A stretch of 64,000 nucleotides of DNA from the IMG/VR virus record IMGVR_UViG_3300031555_004891; one strand, written 5' to 3'. Shown here piece after piece: positions 1 through 11,015 of the stretch. The position numbers and the translations under genes are program-made. Under the pieces are notes generated by a model. The model saw only the letters and a list, made by a program, of their open reading frames with translations. It was not told the origin of the DNA and did no database searches. Origin of the DNA: a virus (taxonomy: Duplodnaviria; Caudoviricetes). Every line of letters begins with the position of its first letter. Within the stretch, counting starts at the first letter, position 1.

Positions 1-234
1 TACGTAAGTAATCGAGGATTAGATAGAGATGAGCACATCAATAATCAACCTAAAGCATTAAAAGATGCTGTAGAAGATTGGTGTAAGAAATTAGGCTATG
101 GCTACACTGTAGAAGCTTTAGTAAATGATGATAATGGAAGCTTGAGAATGATTTGGAATCTTCTAGTTTTAGATCAATGGAGAAAAACCTTCAAATATGA
201 GGGTACACAATCGTTTAAGACCGAGCTTTGGTAA
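1..234 (+). CDS. 3' end of hypothetical protein (partial)
   Basis: Open frame 1 from window start to TAA 232-234 (YVSNRGLD...FKTELW). Confidence 0.7.
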   Translation, partial: YVSNRGLDRDEHINNQPKALKDAVEDWCKKLGYGYTVEALVNDDNGSLRMIWNLLVLDQWRKTFKYEGTQSFKTELW

Positions 235-265
235 TAAGAAAAAAGACCTGGAGGTATAATATAAA

Positions 266-1396
266 ATGATTTTAAGAACAGATGCACTTAAAGATGTATG
301 TAGTAAGATTTTGAGCGCTGTGGATAGCTCAGAATTATCAGCAGTAACTGAAACGTTAGAATTGAAAGCATTTAATAATGCTTTACATATGCGCGTAACA
401 AATAAAGAATATTTTGTAGATATTAAGCTTGATGTAGATGGTATTGATAATTTCCACGCTACTGTAAATGCAAATCTTTTCCTTAAGCTTATTTCTCAAA
501 TTACAACTGAAACTATTGAGCTTAATGTAGTTGATAGAGCTTTAGTCGTAAAAGGAAATGGTGTTTATAAGCTTCCTTTAATTTTTGATGGAGAAGATCT
601 TCTAGTACTTCCTGAAATTATCATTGAGAATGATACTGTAAACACAAAAATTTCAAGCGAAAATCTTTTGAGTATTTTACAATATAATAGTAAAGAATTG
701 CTTAAAGGTAATATTGCTAAACCCGTACAAAAATTTTATTATGTAGATGAAAAGGGTGCTATTACTTTCACTACAGGTGCATGTGTAAATAGCTTTAATA
801 CTGATACACCTTTCACTGTTTTACTTAATAGTAGAATTGTTAAATTATTTAAGTTATTTAAAACTGGTGATGTGCAGTTCACTTTAGGTTATGATGCATT
901 AAGTGATGATGTTATCCAAACTAAAGTTTGCTTCAAAAATGATAATATAGTATTGACTGCAATTTTGTCCTGTGATGATACTTTGTTAAAGCAAGTTCCT
1001 GTTAATGCTATCAGAGGTAGAGCCGATTTTGTTTACCCTCATTCCATAACTGTTAATAAAGATGCTCTTATCCAAACTATTAGCCGTCTTATGCTTTTTA
1101 GTTCTGGTATTGGTGGTAAAGAAATCGTTAAACCTTACAGTATGTTTGAATTTAAAGAATCTAGTATGATTGTTTGGGATGTTAAGAAAGAGCAAAACGA
1201 AGAAGTTATTTATACTAATTCTGATCCATCACTTTCTACTAAATATACTACTATGTTAGACCTTAATGATTTGAAACTTACTCTCGAGTCTTGCTCAGAA
1301 CAATATGTAACACTTAACTTTGGTAATAAGCAAGCAATGGTGTTAGCTAGAGCAAATGTTAAAACTGTTATACCTGAAATTGTAACCATGGAGTAA
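266..1396 (+). CDS. dnaN: DNA polymerase III beta sliding clamp-like
   Basis: 376 aa, beta-clamp-like size and pattern; GGAGG RBS; clamp-loader genes nearby. Confidence 0.8.
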   Translation: MILRTDALKDVCSKILSAVDSSELSAVTETLELKAFNNALHMRVTNKEYFVDIKLDVDGIDNFHATVNANLFLKLISQITTETIELNVVDRALVVKGNGVYKLPLIFDGEDLLVLPEIIIENDTVNTKISSENLLSILQYNSKELLKGNIAKPVQKFYYVDEKGAITFTTGACVNSFNTDTPFTVLLNSRIVKLFKLFKTGDVQFTLGYDALSDDVIQTKVCFKNDNIVLTAILSCDDTLLKQVPVNAIRGRADFVYPHSITVNKDALIQTISRLMLFSSGIGGKEIVKPYSMFEFKESSMIVWDVKKEQNEEVIYTNSDPSLSTKYTTMLDLNDLKLTLESCSEQYVTLNFGNKQAMVLARANVKTVIPEIVTME

Positions 1397-1399
1397 TCC

Positions 1400-1882
1400 A
1401 TGGCTACTAACTATGGGAAACAATTTGAGCAAAAAGTAAGAACAGCATTAGCTAAAATACCTGGTGTATCTGTTGATAGACTTTATGATACTCAAAATGG
1501 GTACAAATCTATAAGTTAGATTTCGGATTGCATAGCATATAAATATCCAGTATTAGTTTACTTAGAGTTGAAAAGTATTCATGGTAATACTTTTCCTCTA
1601 ACTAATTTACATCAATATCCTAAATTACTTACCAAAAAGGGTATTAAAGGCGTAAAAGCTGGTGTTTTAATTTGGTATGTGGATAATGATGTAGAGATTT
1701 TTGTTCCTATAAAATCTTTCGAGAGGATTGTAAAAGAAGGTCATAAATCAATAAATATAAAAACAATTGACCTAGAAGAATATGGAATAACAAAAATTCC
1801 AGCAATAAAGAAGCGAGTTTTTCTAGATTGTGATTATTCTTGCTTATTTGACTTTAATAAGGATGCTAACAATAATGATTGA
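1400..1882 (+). CDS. recU: RecU-like Holliday junction resolvase (1 in-frame TAG=Gln)
   Basis: ATG 1400 gives NYGKQFE..DRLYD..SDCI..YLELKS..NLHQ; TAG 1517-1519 lies between catalytic motifs. Confidence 0.8.
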
Positions 1883-2453
1883 ATTAAAAAATTTTGATAC
1901 TGATAAACTTGAGAATCTTATGACTAATATTGAAACTAATGTAGAATATTTTAATAAAACAGCAGCAGAAGCAGCAGCTAAATACACAGAAGATCTTGAT
2001 GGATTAATGAACGATTTGTATAGCGCTGTAACTCAAGAACATGAAGCAGAAACGCCAACCTTAGAGAGGTATTATCTTGAGCTTACTAATATGCTTTATT
2101 TCATGGCACAAAGAGTCGAGCAGCTTAATGTGTATGCTGATATGGCTAAAGCTCAAGCAAAAGAAGTTTATAATAAATCTTATTTGACAAACAGTGCTGC
2201 TAAGGATGAAAAAGGTAAATCTATGCGAACTGTTGCTGAAAATACAGCTTTAGCAGAAGAAGATTCTAAATATGAGAGTACTCTCGAAACTATTTATAAG
2301 AGCGCATATTCTGTTGCCAAAGCAAAAGTACAGGCTGGCTTTGAGATGGTAAATACGTTGAGAAAAATTCTCACAGTACGTGGCCTTGAAATGCAGTTAG
2401 GTTTGCAAAACACTCGCGGAGAGATGCCTCCAAGATTCGTGGAGGAAGATTGA
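1875..2453 (+). CDS. hypothetical helical protein
   Basis: ORF overlapping both neighbours in operon. Confidence 0.7.
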   Translation: MIELKNFDTDKLENLMTNIETNVEYFNKTAAEAAAKYTEDLDGLMNDLYSAVTQEHEAETPTLERYYLELTNMLYFMAQRVEQLNVYADMAKAQAKEVYNKSYLTNSAAKDEKGKSMRTVAENTALAEEDSKYESTLETIYKSAYSVAKAKVQAGFEMVNTLRKILTVRGLEMQLGLQNTRGEMPPRFVEED

Positions 2454-2968
2454 TGAAGTTTGAAAAAGTAAGTTTTAAGCGATTTTTACATGATTATGCT
2501 TATGCTTTAGATCTCGATCCTGATTGCTGCGATTTATCTGAAGAATTTATTGAAACGGCTAGACGCAGATATGATGCTATAAAATTACCAAAAAGAGCAA
2601 CTTCTGGATCTGCTGGTTATGATTTTTTCATTCCATATAAGCAAAAGTTTAATCATAAAATAGCGACTCTAATACCAACTGGAATAAGATTTAAATGTGA
2701 TCCAGATAAATATTTACCTATTTATCCTAGAAGTGGTTTAGGATTTAAATATGGTATGGCTTTAAGAAACACTGTTGGAATTATAGACCATGATTATTAT
2801 TTTTCTGATAATGAAGGTCATATAATGCTAAAAGTTATTTGTGATGAAGATTTTGAGCTTGAAGCTGGAAAGGGTATAGCTCAAGGAATTATATCTAACT
2901 ATTATAAAGTTGAAGATGATAGCACAGATGGAGAAAGAAATGGTGGATTCGGTTCAACAGGGATGTAA
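2453..2968 (+). CDS. dut: trimeric dUTPase
   Basis: Motifs SAGYD, PRSGLG, GIIDHDY, IAQG, RNGGFGSTG. Confidence 0.95.
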   Translation: MKFEKVSFKRFLHDYAYALDLDPDCCDLSEEFIETARRRYDAIKLPKRATSGSAGYDFFIPYKQKFNHKIATLIPTGIRFKCDPDKYLPIYPRSGLGFKYGMALRNTVGIIDHDYYFSDNEGHIMLKVICDEDFELEAGKGIAQGIISNYYKVEDDSTDGERNGGFGSTGM

Positions 2969-3188
2969 AAATCCATTTGATTATATAGAGAATATAAAAG
3001 CTCTTGATCCTAATAAAATTTATTTTATAAACATGTCTTTTGAAGATAATCCTGGATTCGAATATAGATGTAAGATGGCTGAAGCTCTTCAAAGAGCTTT
3101 TCATGCATATGATATTGCTGTTATTATTAATCCAGGACCTTATGGTTGTAAAGTAGATTTTGTTCAAGAAAATTCAGAGAATGACTAA
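2940..3188 (+). CDS. hypothetical protein
   Basis: ORF, ATG 2940. Confidence 0.55.
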   Translation: MVDSVQQGCKNPFDYIENIKALDPNKIYFINMSFEDNPGFEYRCKMAEALQRAFHAYDIAVIINPGPYGCKVDFVQENSEND

Positions 3189-3228
3189 CTAATGTCATTC
3201 TTTTTCTGTATAAAAATGTGGAGGTATA

Positions 3229-4395
3229 ATGACTAAGCTTGAAAAATTAGCATTAGAAATTGATTAGGATTTATTCTCAGATCTTTATTTGAAACAAAAT
3301 AAATCACAGAAGGATTTAGCGCAATATTTTAATGTAACAGTAAGAGATATTGAAGACTTATGTTTTTATTTCCACGCTATTAAGTTAAAGAAAAATTCAA
3401 AATTAGCGAATATTTTAAATAACTTAGATGCTGAAGCATTTATATCTGATAGACAGGTGTTAACATCAGCTGAACTAATAGTAAAATATGACTTAAAAAC
3501 ACATTATTAGTTATAGCGACTTGTTTTATGGACACATTGTTCTCTAACTGTTGAGCAGAAAAATCAAATAACAACACGAAAAATTCGGGAACAAACTGCA
3601 GATAAGAAATTATAGAATGTCTAGAAGTGTAATCAATCAAAAATAGAGCATTATGGATCTCTAGAAGAATGTAACAAACAATCTGTGATTAAAGTTCGAA
3701 AAACAAAACTGGATAGGTACAATGATCCTAAATATAATAATAGAGAAAAATCGAAGCAGACATGTTTTATTAAATATGGCGGACCCTCAAGCATGAATTC
3801 AGCAGAGGTTGTTTAGAAGGGTATGTAGACTAGAGAAAAACATGCTGGATCAATAGCTGCATCATATTCAGCAGGAAAGCTAAAGTAGCAAAAAACACTT
3901 AAAGAAAGATATGATGTAGATTATTTTGTACTACATCCAAAATGTAGATCTAAAATATAGCACACTAAGAATAGTAAACCAAATAAACGGTTCGCTAAAA
4001 TTTTAATAGAAAATAACATTGAGTTTGATCAAGAGTTTTTCCTTGAAAATAAATTTTATGATTTTAAAGTAAAAAATTATTTAATAGAAATAAATCCAGC
4101 GCCTACACATAATAGTTCTATTAATGTATTTGGATCTGATTAGCCTTTAGATAAGTACTATCATAGAAATAAATCTATGTTAGCTTTTAAGAATAATTAT
4201 ATTTGTATTCATGTTTGGGATTGGACAGATATAAATAGCGTATTAAGATTATTATGTACAGATATTTCATTAGATAAAATAATTTTCACAGAACCTTCTG
4301 TATATTATTATAATATAACAAAAAAGAAACTAACAGATATGTCAGATCCCAATGCTGTATAGATTTGGGATGATGGATTAAAAATAATGGAGTAA
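3229..4395 (+). CDS. free-standing putative homing endonuclease, 388 aa with 11 in-frame TAG
   Basis: GGAGG + ATG 3229, no TAA/TGA until 4393; KQTCFIKYG-type repeats then YDFKVKNYLIEINP..THNS..YHRNKS (Vsr/PD-(D/E)xK-like) C-terminus. Confidence 0.75.
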
Positions 4396-4399
4396 TATA

Positions 4400-5575
4400 A
4401 TGGCAAAAGAATTTGAATCAGTGAAAGACGTATTAAAAGCAATAAACAAAAAATTTGGAGAAAATGTAGCTCAAGTTGGTGTACCTAAATTAAATGATTT
4501 TGGAACACTTTCTTTAGGTTCCCCATCATTAGATTTTTGTCTTTATAACAATCTAGTAGAAGGTAAGTTTGTAGAATTGAGCGGATTAGAGTCTTCTGGT
4601 AAGACTACCTTAGCATTCTTGATTGCTGCTAACTTTATAAAATCAGAACTTAGACGTAGACCAGATAACCCTAGAAAAATATTGTTTGTAGATGCAGAAG
4701 CAGCTTGCGATCCAGGTTGGGCGTATCAAGCTACTGGCTATGATATGAATGACACTAGAGTAGAGACTATTTATATACAGGGTGCTGGACAGACTGCAGA
4801 AGAGTATTTTGATATAGTTATGGATTTTGTAAAAACGGGTGAGATTGGGTTAGTTATTTTTGATTCTCTAACTATGTTAGCTAGCCAGCAAGTTGCTGAT
4901 GAATCCCTTGAAAAGAAGCAAATGGGTGGTATAGCATCAGTTTTAGGTGATTTTTGTAAAAGATCAGTTGGATTATTTAATCGTAACAGAACAACATTCA
5001 TTGGTATCAATGGGTTGACTGAAAATATTAGTGGTTATGGAGATCCGTTCCACACACCTGGTGGTAAGACATGGAAGCGTACCTGTATGGTTAGACTTCG
5101 TGTAAAACGAGGAGATTTCTTCGACGATGAAGGAAATGTTCTCATGAAAAAGGATGCGCAATCACCAGCAGGCCATGTCATCGAAATGTATGTTGAAAAA
5201 AGTAAGGTTGCAAAATGGGACAGAAAACTTGGATTTTGTCACTTAAATTATTCTAGAGGTGTTGATCTTATACAGGACACTATTGATGTAGCTATTTATT
5301 TTGGATTAATAGATAATAGCACTCAAGGTAGTTTTAAATTAGTTGATCCTGATACTGGTGAAATCCTTGTAGATGAAAATAATAATGAAATTAAAATTCG
5401 TGGCAAGAAAAATGTCAAACCCTTCTTTGAAGAAAGGCCAGAATTATTCAGAAGTCTTTATAATAAATGTTATGAAATGCTAAGTAGAAAAGAAGATCCA
5501 AACATTGTAGCTTTTGAAAAATTACTCGGTGTAGATGTTAACGAAGTTATTGGTACAGATTCTGATGAGGATTGA
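4400..5575 (+). CDS. recA: RecA recombinase
   Basis: GLESSGKTT, FVDAE, VIFDSL, TPGGK motifs. Confidence 0.95.
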   Translation: MAKEFESVKDVLKAINKKFGENVAQVGVPKLNDFGTLSLGSPSLDFCLYNNLVEGKFVELSGLESSGKTTLAFLIAANFIKSELRRRPDNPRKILFVDAEAACDPGWAYQATGYDMNDTRVETIYIQGAGQTAEEYFDIVMDFVKTGEIGLVIFDSLTMLASQQVADESLEKKQMGGIASVLGDFCKRSVGLFNRNRTTFIGINGLTENISGYGDPFHTPGGKTWKRTCMVRLRVKRGDFFDDEGNVLMKKDAQSPAGHVIEMYVEKSKVAKWDRKLGFCHLNYSRGVDLIQDTIDVAIYFGLIDNSTQGSFKLVDPDTGEILVDENNNEIKIRGKKNVKPFFEERPELFRSLYNKCYEMLSRKEDPNIVAFEKLLGVDVNEVIGTDSDED

Positions 5576-5578
5576 TTT

Positions 5579-5869
5579 ATGAATACAGTAAACGAAATAG
5601 TTTTTTGCAAATCTGTTTATAATGATGATAGGGATAGGATGTATGATGCTATTAGAGATCAATTAAAAATTCTCATGGAGCAAGAATACATATGTACAGT
5701 TTATGATGACGATATTGATATTGTTGTTATTAAATTTGAACATAATGATAAAAAGGATTATTGGGGTTGTACAAATCCTTATTGGTTAACACCTAAAGAA
5801 GCTGAAGAAGTTGAATGCTACAGGGCCAGACTAGAAGCTGAAAATTCAAATGATTCAAGTGAAAAATAA
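5579..5869 (+). CDS. hypothetical protein
   Basis: ORF, followed by terminator. Confidence 0.7.
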   Translation: MNTVNEIVFCKSVYNDDRDRMYDAIRDQLKILMEQEYICTVYDDDIDIVVIKFEHNDKKDYWGCTNPYWLTPKEAEEVECYRARLEAENSNDSSEK

Positions 5870-5875
5870 TTTGTA

Positions 5876-5911
5876 GACGTTGGAAATCTTTTGAAATCCA
5901 ACGTCTTTTTT
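5876..5911 (+). terminator. intrinsic terminator
   Basis: AGACGTTGGA...TCCAACGTCT + T tract. Confidence 0.8.
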
Positions 5912-5913
5912 AG

Positions 5914-5942
5914 TTGATTTATTAAAAAATTTATATTATAAT
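5914..5942 (+). promoter_or_regulatory. sigma70/A-type early promoter (1 of 11 copies)
   Basis: (AG)TTGATT-N17-TATAAT; same layout with -35 at 10965, 29610, 35946, 39434, 49163, 49765, 51890, 60442, 60783, 61039. Confidence 0.8.
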
Positions 5943-5976
5943 AAATGTATAAGATTATACTAGTGAGGTTTTAATT

Positions 5977-6171
5977 ATGAGAGATCCAAATAGAATTGAA
6001 ATTGTATTAGATCAAATTAAATATATTTGGAAAGAGGTTCCTGATTTAAGGTTGGGGCAACTTATATTAAATGTATTGCAAGATCCAGCATTATATTATG
6101 TAGAAGATGATCAATTAGTTGATTATTTGAAAAAGTTTTATATAAGGGAGGAAGATATAAGTGAAGCATAA
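5977..6171 (+). CDS. small phage protein (MRDPNRI type)
   Basis: MRDPNRI..W...PDLRLGQL pattern. Confidence 0.75.
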   Translation: MRDPNRIEIVLDQIKYIWKEVPDLRLGQLILNVLQDPALYYVEDDQLVDYLKKFYIREEDISEA

Positions 6172-6433
6172 GATAATTATACATGTTGTAGAGATGGCTA
6201 CACATTTTACTGATGATGATTCAGATTATGTGAAGATTCCTATTGAAATTTGCGATAATGAAGATTCTGCTAGAGTTGCTTTAAGTACAGCAGTAGCAGC
6301 TTATTGTGAGAAATTTGATAATCCAGAAATAGATAATCATATAGAAGATGATATCATTGTTTATGAAGAGCCTGGTAAGAAATATCCATATGCAGAATTC
6401 TGGAGATATAAAGCAGAAGTGATACCCGAATAA
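6161..6433 (+). CDS. hypothetical protein
   Basis: GTG start with GGAGG RBS. Confidence 0.65.
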   Translation: MKHKIIIHVVEMATHFTDDDSDYVKIPIEICDNEDSARVALSTAVAAYCEKFDNPEIDNHIEDDIIVYEEPGKKYPYAEFWRYKAEVIPE

Positions 6434-7206
6434 TGGATTTGTTAACATGGTCAAAATTTAATTGCTATACTTTTTTTGAAAAAACACATCAATATTATTA
6501 TTATGATAAACCTGTAAAGACTTCTGTTACACAGTTTGTTAGCACATTCTTTGAGCCTTTCGATAAAGAAGCTGTAAGCTTAAAGTATGCTAAAAAACAC
6601 AAATTAAAGCAAGAAGAAGTTTTAGCTGAGTGGGATAAGCAAGGAAAAATCTCTACAATATCTGGAACTATAATACATGCTTTTCTAGAAGATTACGCTA
6701 GAGGAAAAGTTTTTGAGTTAGATTTTTCAGAAGCTATAGATGCTGGTTTAGAGCAAGAAGTTCGAGAGCGTGTAGACTTATTACTTCCTCAAGCTGAAAA
6801 TTTTCATTTTGAAACCTTAAATAAATTAATTCCTATACAATGCGAGTATACAGTTGGGATAGAAGATATAATTGCGGGAAATATAGATTTGCTTTGTTGG
6901 AACGTAAAAGCAGGTGAGTTTCAGATATGGGATTATAAGAATATAAAAGAAATGCGAGTGCAGAATGACTATAAGCAAAAAGCATTAAAAGAATTTTCTG
7001 CATATGATGATTGCAATTTAATTCATTATTCCATACAACAAAATTTGTATAAAGTTATGCTTCAAAGAAAACTCGGTATAAAAATAGGAAAATGTTATTT
7101 AGTTAAATTTTCACATTTAGCGAAAGACTTTGAGATATATCAATGTATTGATTTAGAAAAAGAATGCAATTTAGCTCTAGATAGGCTTATTATGGAGAAC
7201 AGATGA
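6433..7206 (+). CDS. PD-(D/E)xK exonuclease
   Basis: GTIIHAFLE, IAGNIDLL, IWDYK, YSIQQNLY. Confidence 0.85.
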   Translation: MDLLTWSKFNCYTFFEKTHQYYYYDKPVKTSVTQFVSTFFEPFDKEAVSLKYAKKHKLKQEEVLAEWDKQGKISTISGTIIHAFLEDYARGKVFELDFSEAIDAGLEQEVRERVDLLLPQAENFHFETLNKLIPIQCEYTVGIEDIIAGNIDLLCWNVKAGEFQIWDYKNIKEMRVQNDYKQKALKEFSAYDDCNLIHYSIQQNLYKVMLQRKLGIKIGKCYLVKFSHLAKDFEIYQCIDLEKECNLALDRLIMENR

Positions 7207-7207
7207 T

Positions 7208-7399
7208 ATGAATTATTTTATAGAAGCACAAAATCTATACACAACGCATCAACCACTAATTAATAAAGTAACAGATAGCATAGGTGATACTATAGCATAT
7301 AGTTTAAAGCATGTCTCATCGAATGCTTTTATAAATTACATAGATGATGAACTAGTAGAAGATGTTAGTTTTAGCAATAAGTGTGAGGTGGTACTTTGA
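7208..7399 (+). CDS. hypothetical protein
   Basis: ORF in operon. Confidence 0.55.
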   Translation: MNYFIEAQNLYTTHQPLINKVTDSIGDTIAYSLKHVSSNAFINYIDDELVEDVSFSNKCEVVL

Positions 7400-9249
7400 G
7401 TAAAGAATATGGTGCAGAAAGCATAAGAATACTAGGTGATGTACAGCACATACAACAACGACCTGGTATGTACATAGGGGAAGCAAATGACCCTAGAGCT
7501 TTATTATCTGAGATTTTTGATAACGCTATCGATGAGGTGCAAGCTGGCTTTAGCGATGAGTTAATTGTAGATATAGATACACATGAGAATAAATACACTG
7601 TTAGAGACTTCGGTAGGGGTATTCCTCATGGTAAGAAACTCTTAGAAAATGGTGAGGAAAAAGAAGTACTTGAAGTTCTGCTTACTAAGTCTCATAGCGG
7701 TGGTAAATTTGATAATTCTAGTTATAATTATTCCAGCGGCTTAAATGGTTTAGGTATGACTGTAACTAATGCTTTATCTAATGTTATTGAAATTGTTTCT
7801 CATAGGGATAAGAAATACGTAAAAGCTACATCTCATGGTGGAGCTGATTGTGTATTAGAATATGGGAACTCAGCTGAACGTAGAGGTACTAAAGTTACTT
7901 TTATACCTAATAAGAAGTACTTTCACACGGCTAAAATTCCTGTTGATTTTATAGAGCATAGATGTAAGATAGCAAGCGCTTTAGGTTTCAGAGCTAGATT
8001 AATTATCGATGGAAAAGAAGTTCCAACAGATTCTTCTATGTTTGATTTGATGAAAGAAGATAATGTTTCTACATATGTGCAAGTAACACCTTTTGAGTGC
8101 GTCTCAGAATCTGCTGAGAGAATGAAAGTAGCTATGAAATATGTATCTGAAACAAATGATAGATATTTTGGCTACACTAACTTGCTAAATAACTCATTAG
8201 GTGGAACACATGTTTCAGAATTATCTAAAACAATCATAAGTGCCTGGAAAGATTTTGTTGAAAAACATAAAAAGATAAAACCTGATATTGAGTTACACCC
8301 TTCTGATTATTTAGTTGGCTTGAGAGCCGTTTGTGCTGTTTTTATCAGTAAACCTGAGTTTTCTTCTCAAACAAAAGAAAAATTAGTTGTTAATAGAAAA
8401 TACTTTGAAGAGCTTATGGAATTGTTTAAAAGACAATTTATAAAGTATTTAGAAGAAAATATCGTTTTAGCTCAACAATTACTTAAACGTTTTGAAGAAT
8501 ATCGTATATCTCAGAATAATTTATTATCTAGAAAAGAAATAGGATCATTGATAAAAGTTAACGAAGATTCTAGTGATAATATTCGAAGAAGAAGTGTTGT
8601 AAGTAAATTAGTAGAATGTACATCTAAAAAGCGTTCCGGAACAGAATTATTCTTAGTTGAGGGTAACTCAGCTATGGGACCTTATCTGTTTACTAGAAAT
8701 AAAGAAACTCAAGCTATTCTTCCACTTAGAGGTAAGATACTCAATGTTACGTATAAATCTATAAAAGAAGCTGTACAGAATAAAGAAATTTGTGATATTG
8801 CAAACAGTATTGGCTGCGGTATTGGCGGTGCGTGTGATGCTTCAAAAAGCAGGTATGATCGAATTATAATCAGTGCAGACGCCGATGAAGATGGTAAGCA
8901 AATCGCCTGCTTAGTTTTATCCGTTTTTGTAAATATGTTTCCAGACTTAGTAAAAGCTGGCAGAGTATATGTTTCGTTACCACCTTTATATTGTTGGGGA
9001 AATTCGATAAAAGATTATGGTTGGTGCAATGATATACATGATGTTCCAGCTAATGTTAAAAATATGCATAGATTTAAAGGTCTAGGTGAAATGCAAACAG
9101 ACCAGCTAGAATATTTCTTAGTTAATCCAGAAACTAGAAATGTTATGCAAGTCCAGTACCCATCTGATATCGATAGATTTAACGAAATATTAGGGTCAAG
9201 CGCAGGTAAAAATAGCCTTATGAAAGAATTGGGGGTAATTGTAAGCTAA
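7396..9249 (+). CDS. type IIA topoisomerase B subunit (GyrB/ParE-like)
   Basis: RPGMYIG, EIFDNAIDE, DFGRGIP, VEGNSA, PLRGKILN, ADADEDG, RFKGLGEM. Confidence 0.95.
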   Translation: MSKEYGAESIRILGDVQHIQQRPGMYIGEANDPRALLSEIFDNAIDEVQAGFSDELIVDIDTHENKYTVRDFGRGIPHGKKLLENGEEKEVLEVLLTKSHSGGKFDNSSYNYSSGLNGLGMTVTNALSNVIEIVSHRDKKYVKATSHGGADCVLEYGNSAERRGTKVTFIPNKKYFHTAKIPVDFIEHRCKIASALGFRARLIIDGKEVPTDSSMFDLMKEDNVSTYVQVTPFECVSESAERMKVAMKYVSETNDRYFGYTNLLNNSLGGTHVSELSKTIISAWKDFVEKHKKIKPDIELHPSDYLVGLRAVCAVFISKPEFSSQTKEKLVVNRKYFEELMELFKRQFIKYLEENIVLAQQLLKRFEEYRISQNNLLSRKEIGSLIKVNEDSSDNIRRRSVVSKLVECTSKKRSGTELFLVEGNSAMGPYLFTRNKETQAILPLRGKILNVTYKSIKEAVQNKEICDIANSIGCGIGGACDASKSRYDRIIISADADEDGKQIACLVLSVFVNMFPDLVKAGRVYVSLPPLYCWGNSIKDYGWCNDIHDVPANVKNMHRFKGLGEMQTDQLEYFLVNPETRNVMQVQYPSDIDRFNEILGSSAGKNSLMKELGVIVS

Positions 9250-10619
9250 TGAATGAAATCAGAACAATAGATGCTTTAGAGATGGCTCAAAATAATTATA
9301 AAGATTACTCTTTATATGTAGCTCAAGGTAGAGCTTATCCAGCATTAAAAGATGGTTTGAAATCATCTTACAGAAGAGCAATTTACGGTATGTACTTAAA
9401 TAACACGCATAAGACTGTAAAAGTAGCAGAATTAGCTGCTCATGCTCTTCCATATCACCCACATCCCAGCTCAGTTTCAGGTGTAATTGTACAATTAGGT
9501 GAGGGTGGTAATAAACTTAAACTTATGGAAACTCAAGGTAACTGGGGTAATAGTGCTCGAGATATCGAAGCTTCTGCTGATAGATATATTGGTGGTTATT
9601 TATCTACGCTAGCTGAGTCCTTGTTATGTGATTCTGTAGAATATTCTAATTTTATAAAAGGTGAGATAGATAAAGATGAACCAGAAGCCTTACCTGTTTT
9701 ATTACCTACCTGCTTTATAAATGGTATGAAAGGTATTCCATCTGGTCTTCCAACATTAAATATACCAACAATAGATATTTCAGGAATGATAGATTATTAT
9801 TTAGAAATTTTAGCAGCAAAAGATTTAGACTATGCACCTAAAAAATTTCCTAAAGCTAATTATGACTGCGATATTGTATCCACAAAAGATGATTGGAATC
9901 AGGTTATGCTAACTGGAAAAGGTACAATTAGATTTGCACCAAAGATGTCTATCGAGGGTAATGTAATTACTATAACTTGCTTACCTTCTGGTAAAAATAT
10001 AGAGCATGTAAGAAAAATAGTTGAAAAAGAAATCCTTTTGGACAAAATTGATGTCAGAGATGAATCAACAAAAGATATCTGTATTGTAATAGAAAAAGTT
10101 CCGCATAAACAACAAAATATGCAAGAACTTTATAAAAAGCTTTATAATAAACTTCAAACAAATGAAACTTTTAATATGGCTTTTTATGATGAAGATAAAG
10201 TATATGTTCCATGCGGCTTTGATAAGGTAGTAAAAGCAAATTTAAGTTATTTGATAGCTACACACAAAAATAGAATAGCACATCAATTAGAAGATTTGAA
10301 ATTAAAACTTCGAGTTTTAGAGATTATTGAGAGCTTGAAAAAGGGTAATAATATAAAACCTTTAGTTGATATGACTAATAAAGAAGCTATAGAATTCATT
10401 TGTGAAAAATATAAAACAATTGAAGATGTAGCATCTAAAGTTATGCAAAAACCATTATCTTATTTAACTAAAGAACATTTAGTTGAGATAGAAGATTTAA
10501 AGCAAAAGATAAGTGATTTAAATACTGATGATAAAGATATATATGAATTTTTATCTAAAAAATATAAAGCTATTAAAAAAGATATAACAAAAGCTTTGAG
10601 GAAACAAAATGGCGAATAA
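9249..10619 (+). CDS. type IIA topoisomerase A subunit (short, no beta-pinwheel CTD)
   Basis: RAYPALKDGLK, YHPH, QGNWG, ASADRY catalytic Tyr. Confidence 0.9.
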   Translation: MNEIRTIDALEMAQNNYKDYSLYVAQGRAYPALKDGLKSSYRRAIYGMYLNNTHKTVKVAELAAHALPYHPHPSSVSGVIVQLGEGGNKLKLMETQGNWGNSARDIEASADRYIGGYLSTLAESLLCDSVEYSNFIKGEIDKDEPEALPVLLPTCFINGMKGIPSGLPTLNIPTIDISGMIDYYLEILAAKDLDYAPKKFPKANYDCDIVSTKDDWNQVMLTGKGTIRFAPKMSIEGNVITITCLPSGKNIEHVRKIVEKEILLDKIDVRDESTKDICIVIEKVPHKQQNMQELYKKLYNKLQTNETFNMAFYDEDKVYVPCGFDKVVKANLSYLIATHKNRIAHQLEDLKLKLRVLEIIESLKKGNNIKPLVDMTNKEAIEFICEKYKTIEDVASKVMQKPLSYLTKEHLVEIEDLKQKISDLNTDDKDIYEFLSKKYKAIKKDITKALRKQNGE

Positions 10620-10959
10620 GAATGAAAACTCAACTAGATTTTATAGTGATGCTCATGAAAAAAGCGTTTGTAAAGCTTTAGGTGCTAGACAACAGTTAAA
10701 TTCTGGTGCTGGTAAGTTTGGAAAAGGTGATGTTATTACTGATAGCTTTCTTATCGAATGTAAAACTGTTATGAAACCGAAAGATTCTGTATCAATTAAA
10801 AAAGAATGGGTTGAGAAGAATAAGCAAGAAGCATTTAGCATAAGAAGACCGAATCAAGCTATCTGTATAAATTTTGAACCAGGTGGTTCTAACTATTACT
10901 TGATAAATGAGCGCTTGATGAAATTCTTAGTAGAAAAAATTTCTGAAGAAGATAATTAA
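10609..10959 (+). CDS. PD-(D/E)xK resolvase-like nuclease
   Basis: NSGAG..KGDV..FLIECK. Confidence 0.7.
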   Translation: MANKNENSTRFYSDAHEKSVCKALGARQQLNSGAGKFGKGDVITDSFLIECKTVMKPKDSVSIKKEWVEKNKQEAFSIRRPNQAICINFEPGGSNYYLINERLMKFLVEKISEEDN

Positions 10960-11015
10960 AACAGTTGATTTATTTCATAATATATTATATAATATTTATA
11001 AGAATGAGGTGTATT

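Noticed and set aside
10965-11015. Upstream starts in the ORF track (e.g. 10965, 1830, 24099, 37935)
   Set aside because: They overlap promoters or upstream genes; downstream ATGs fit the gene layout better and some have clear RBSs.
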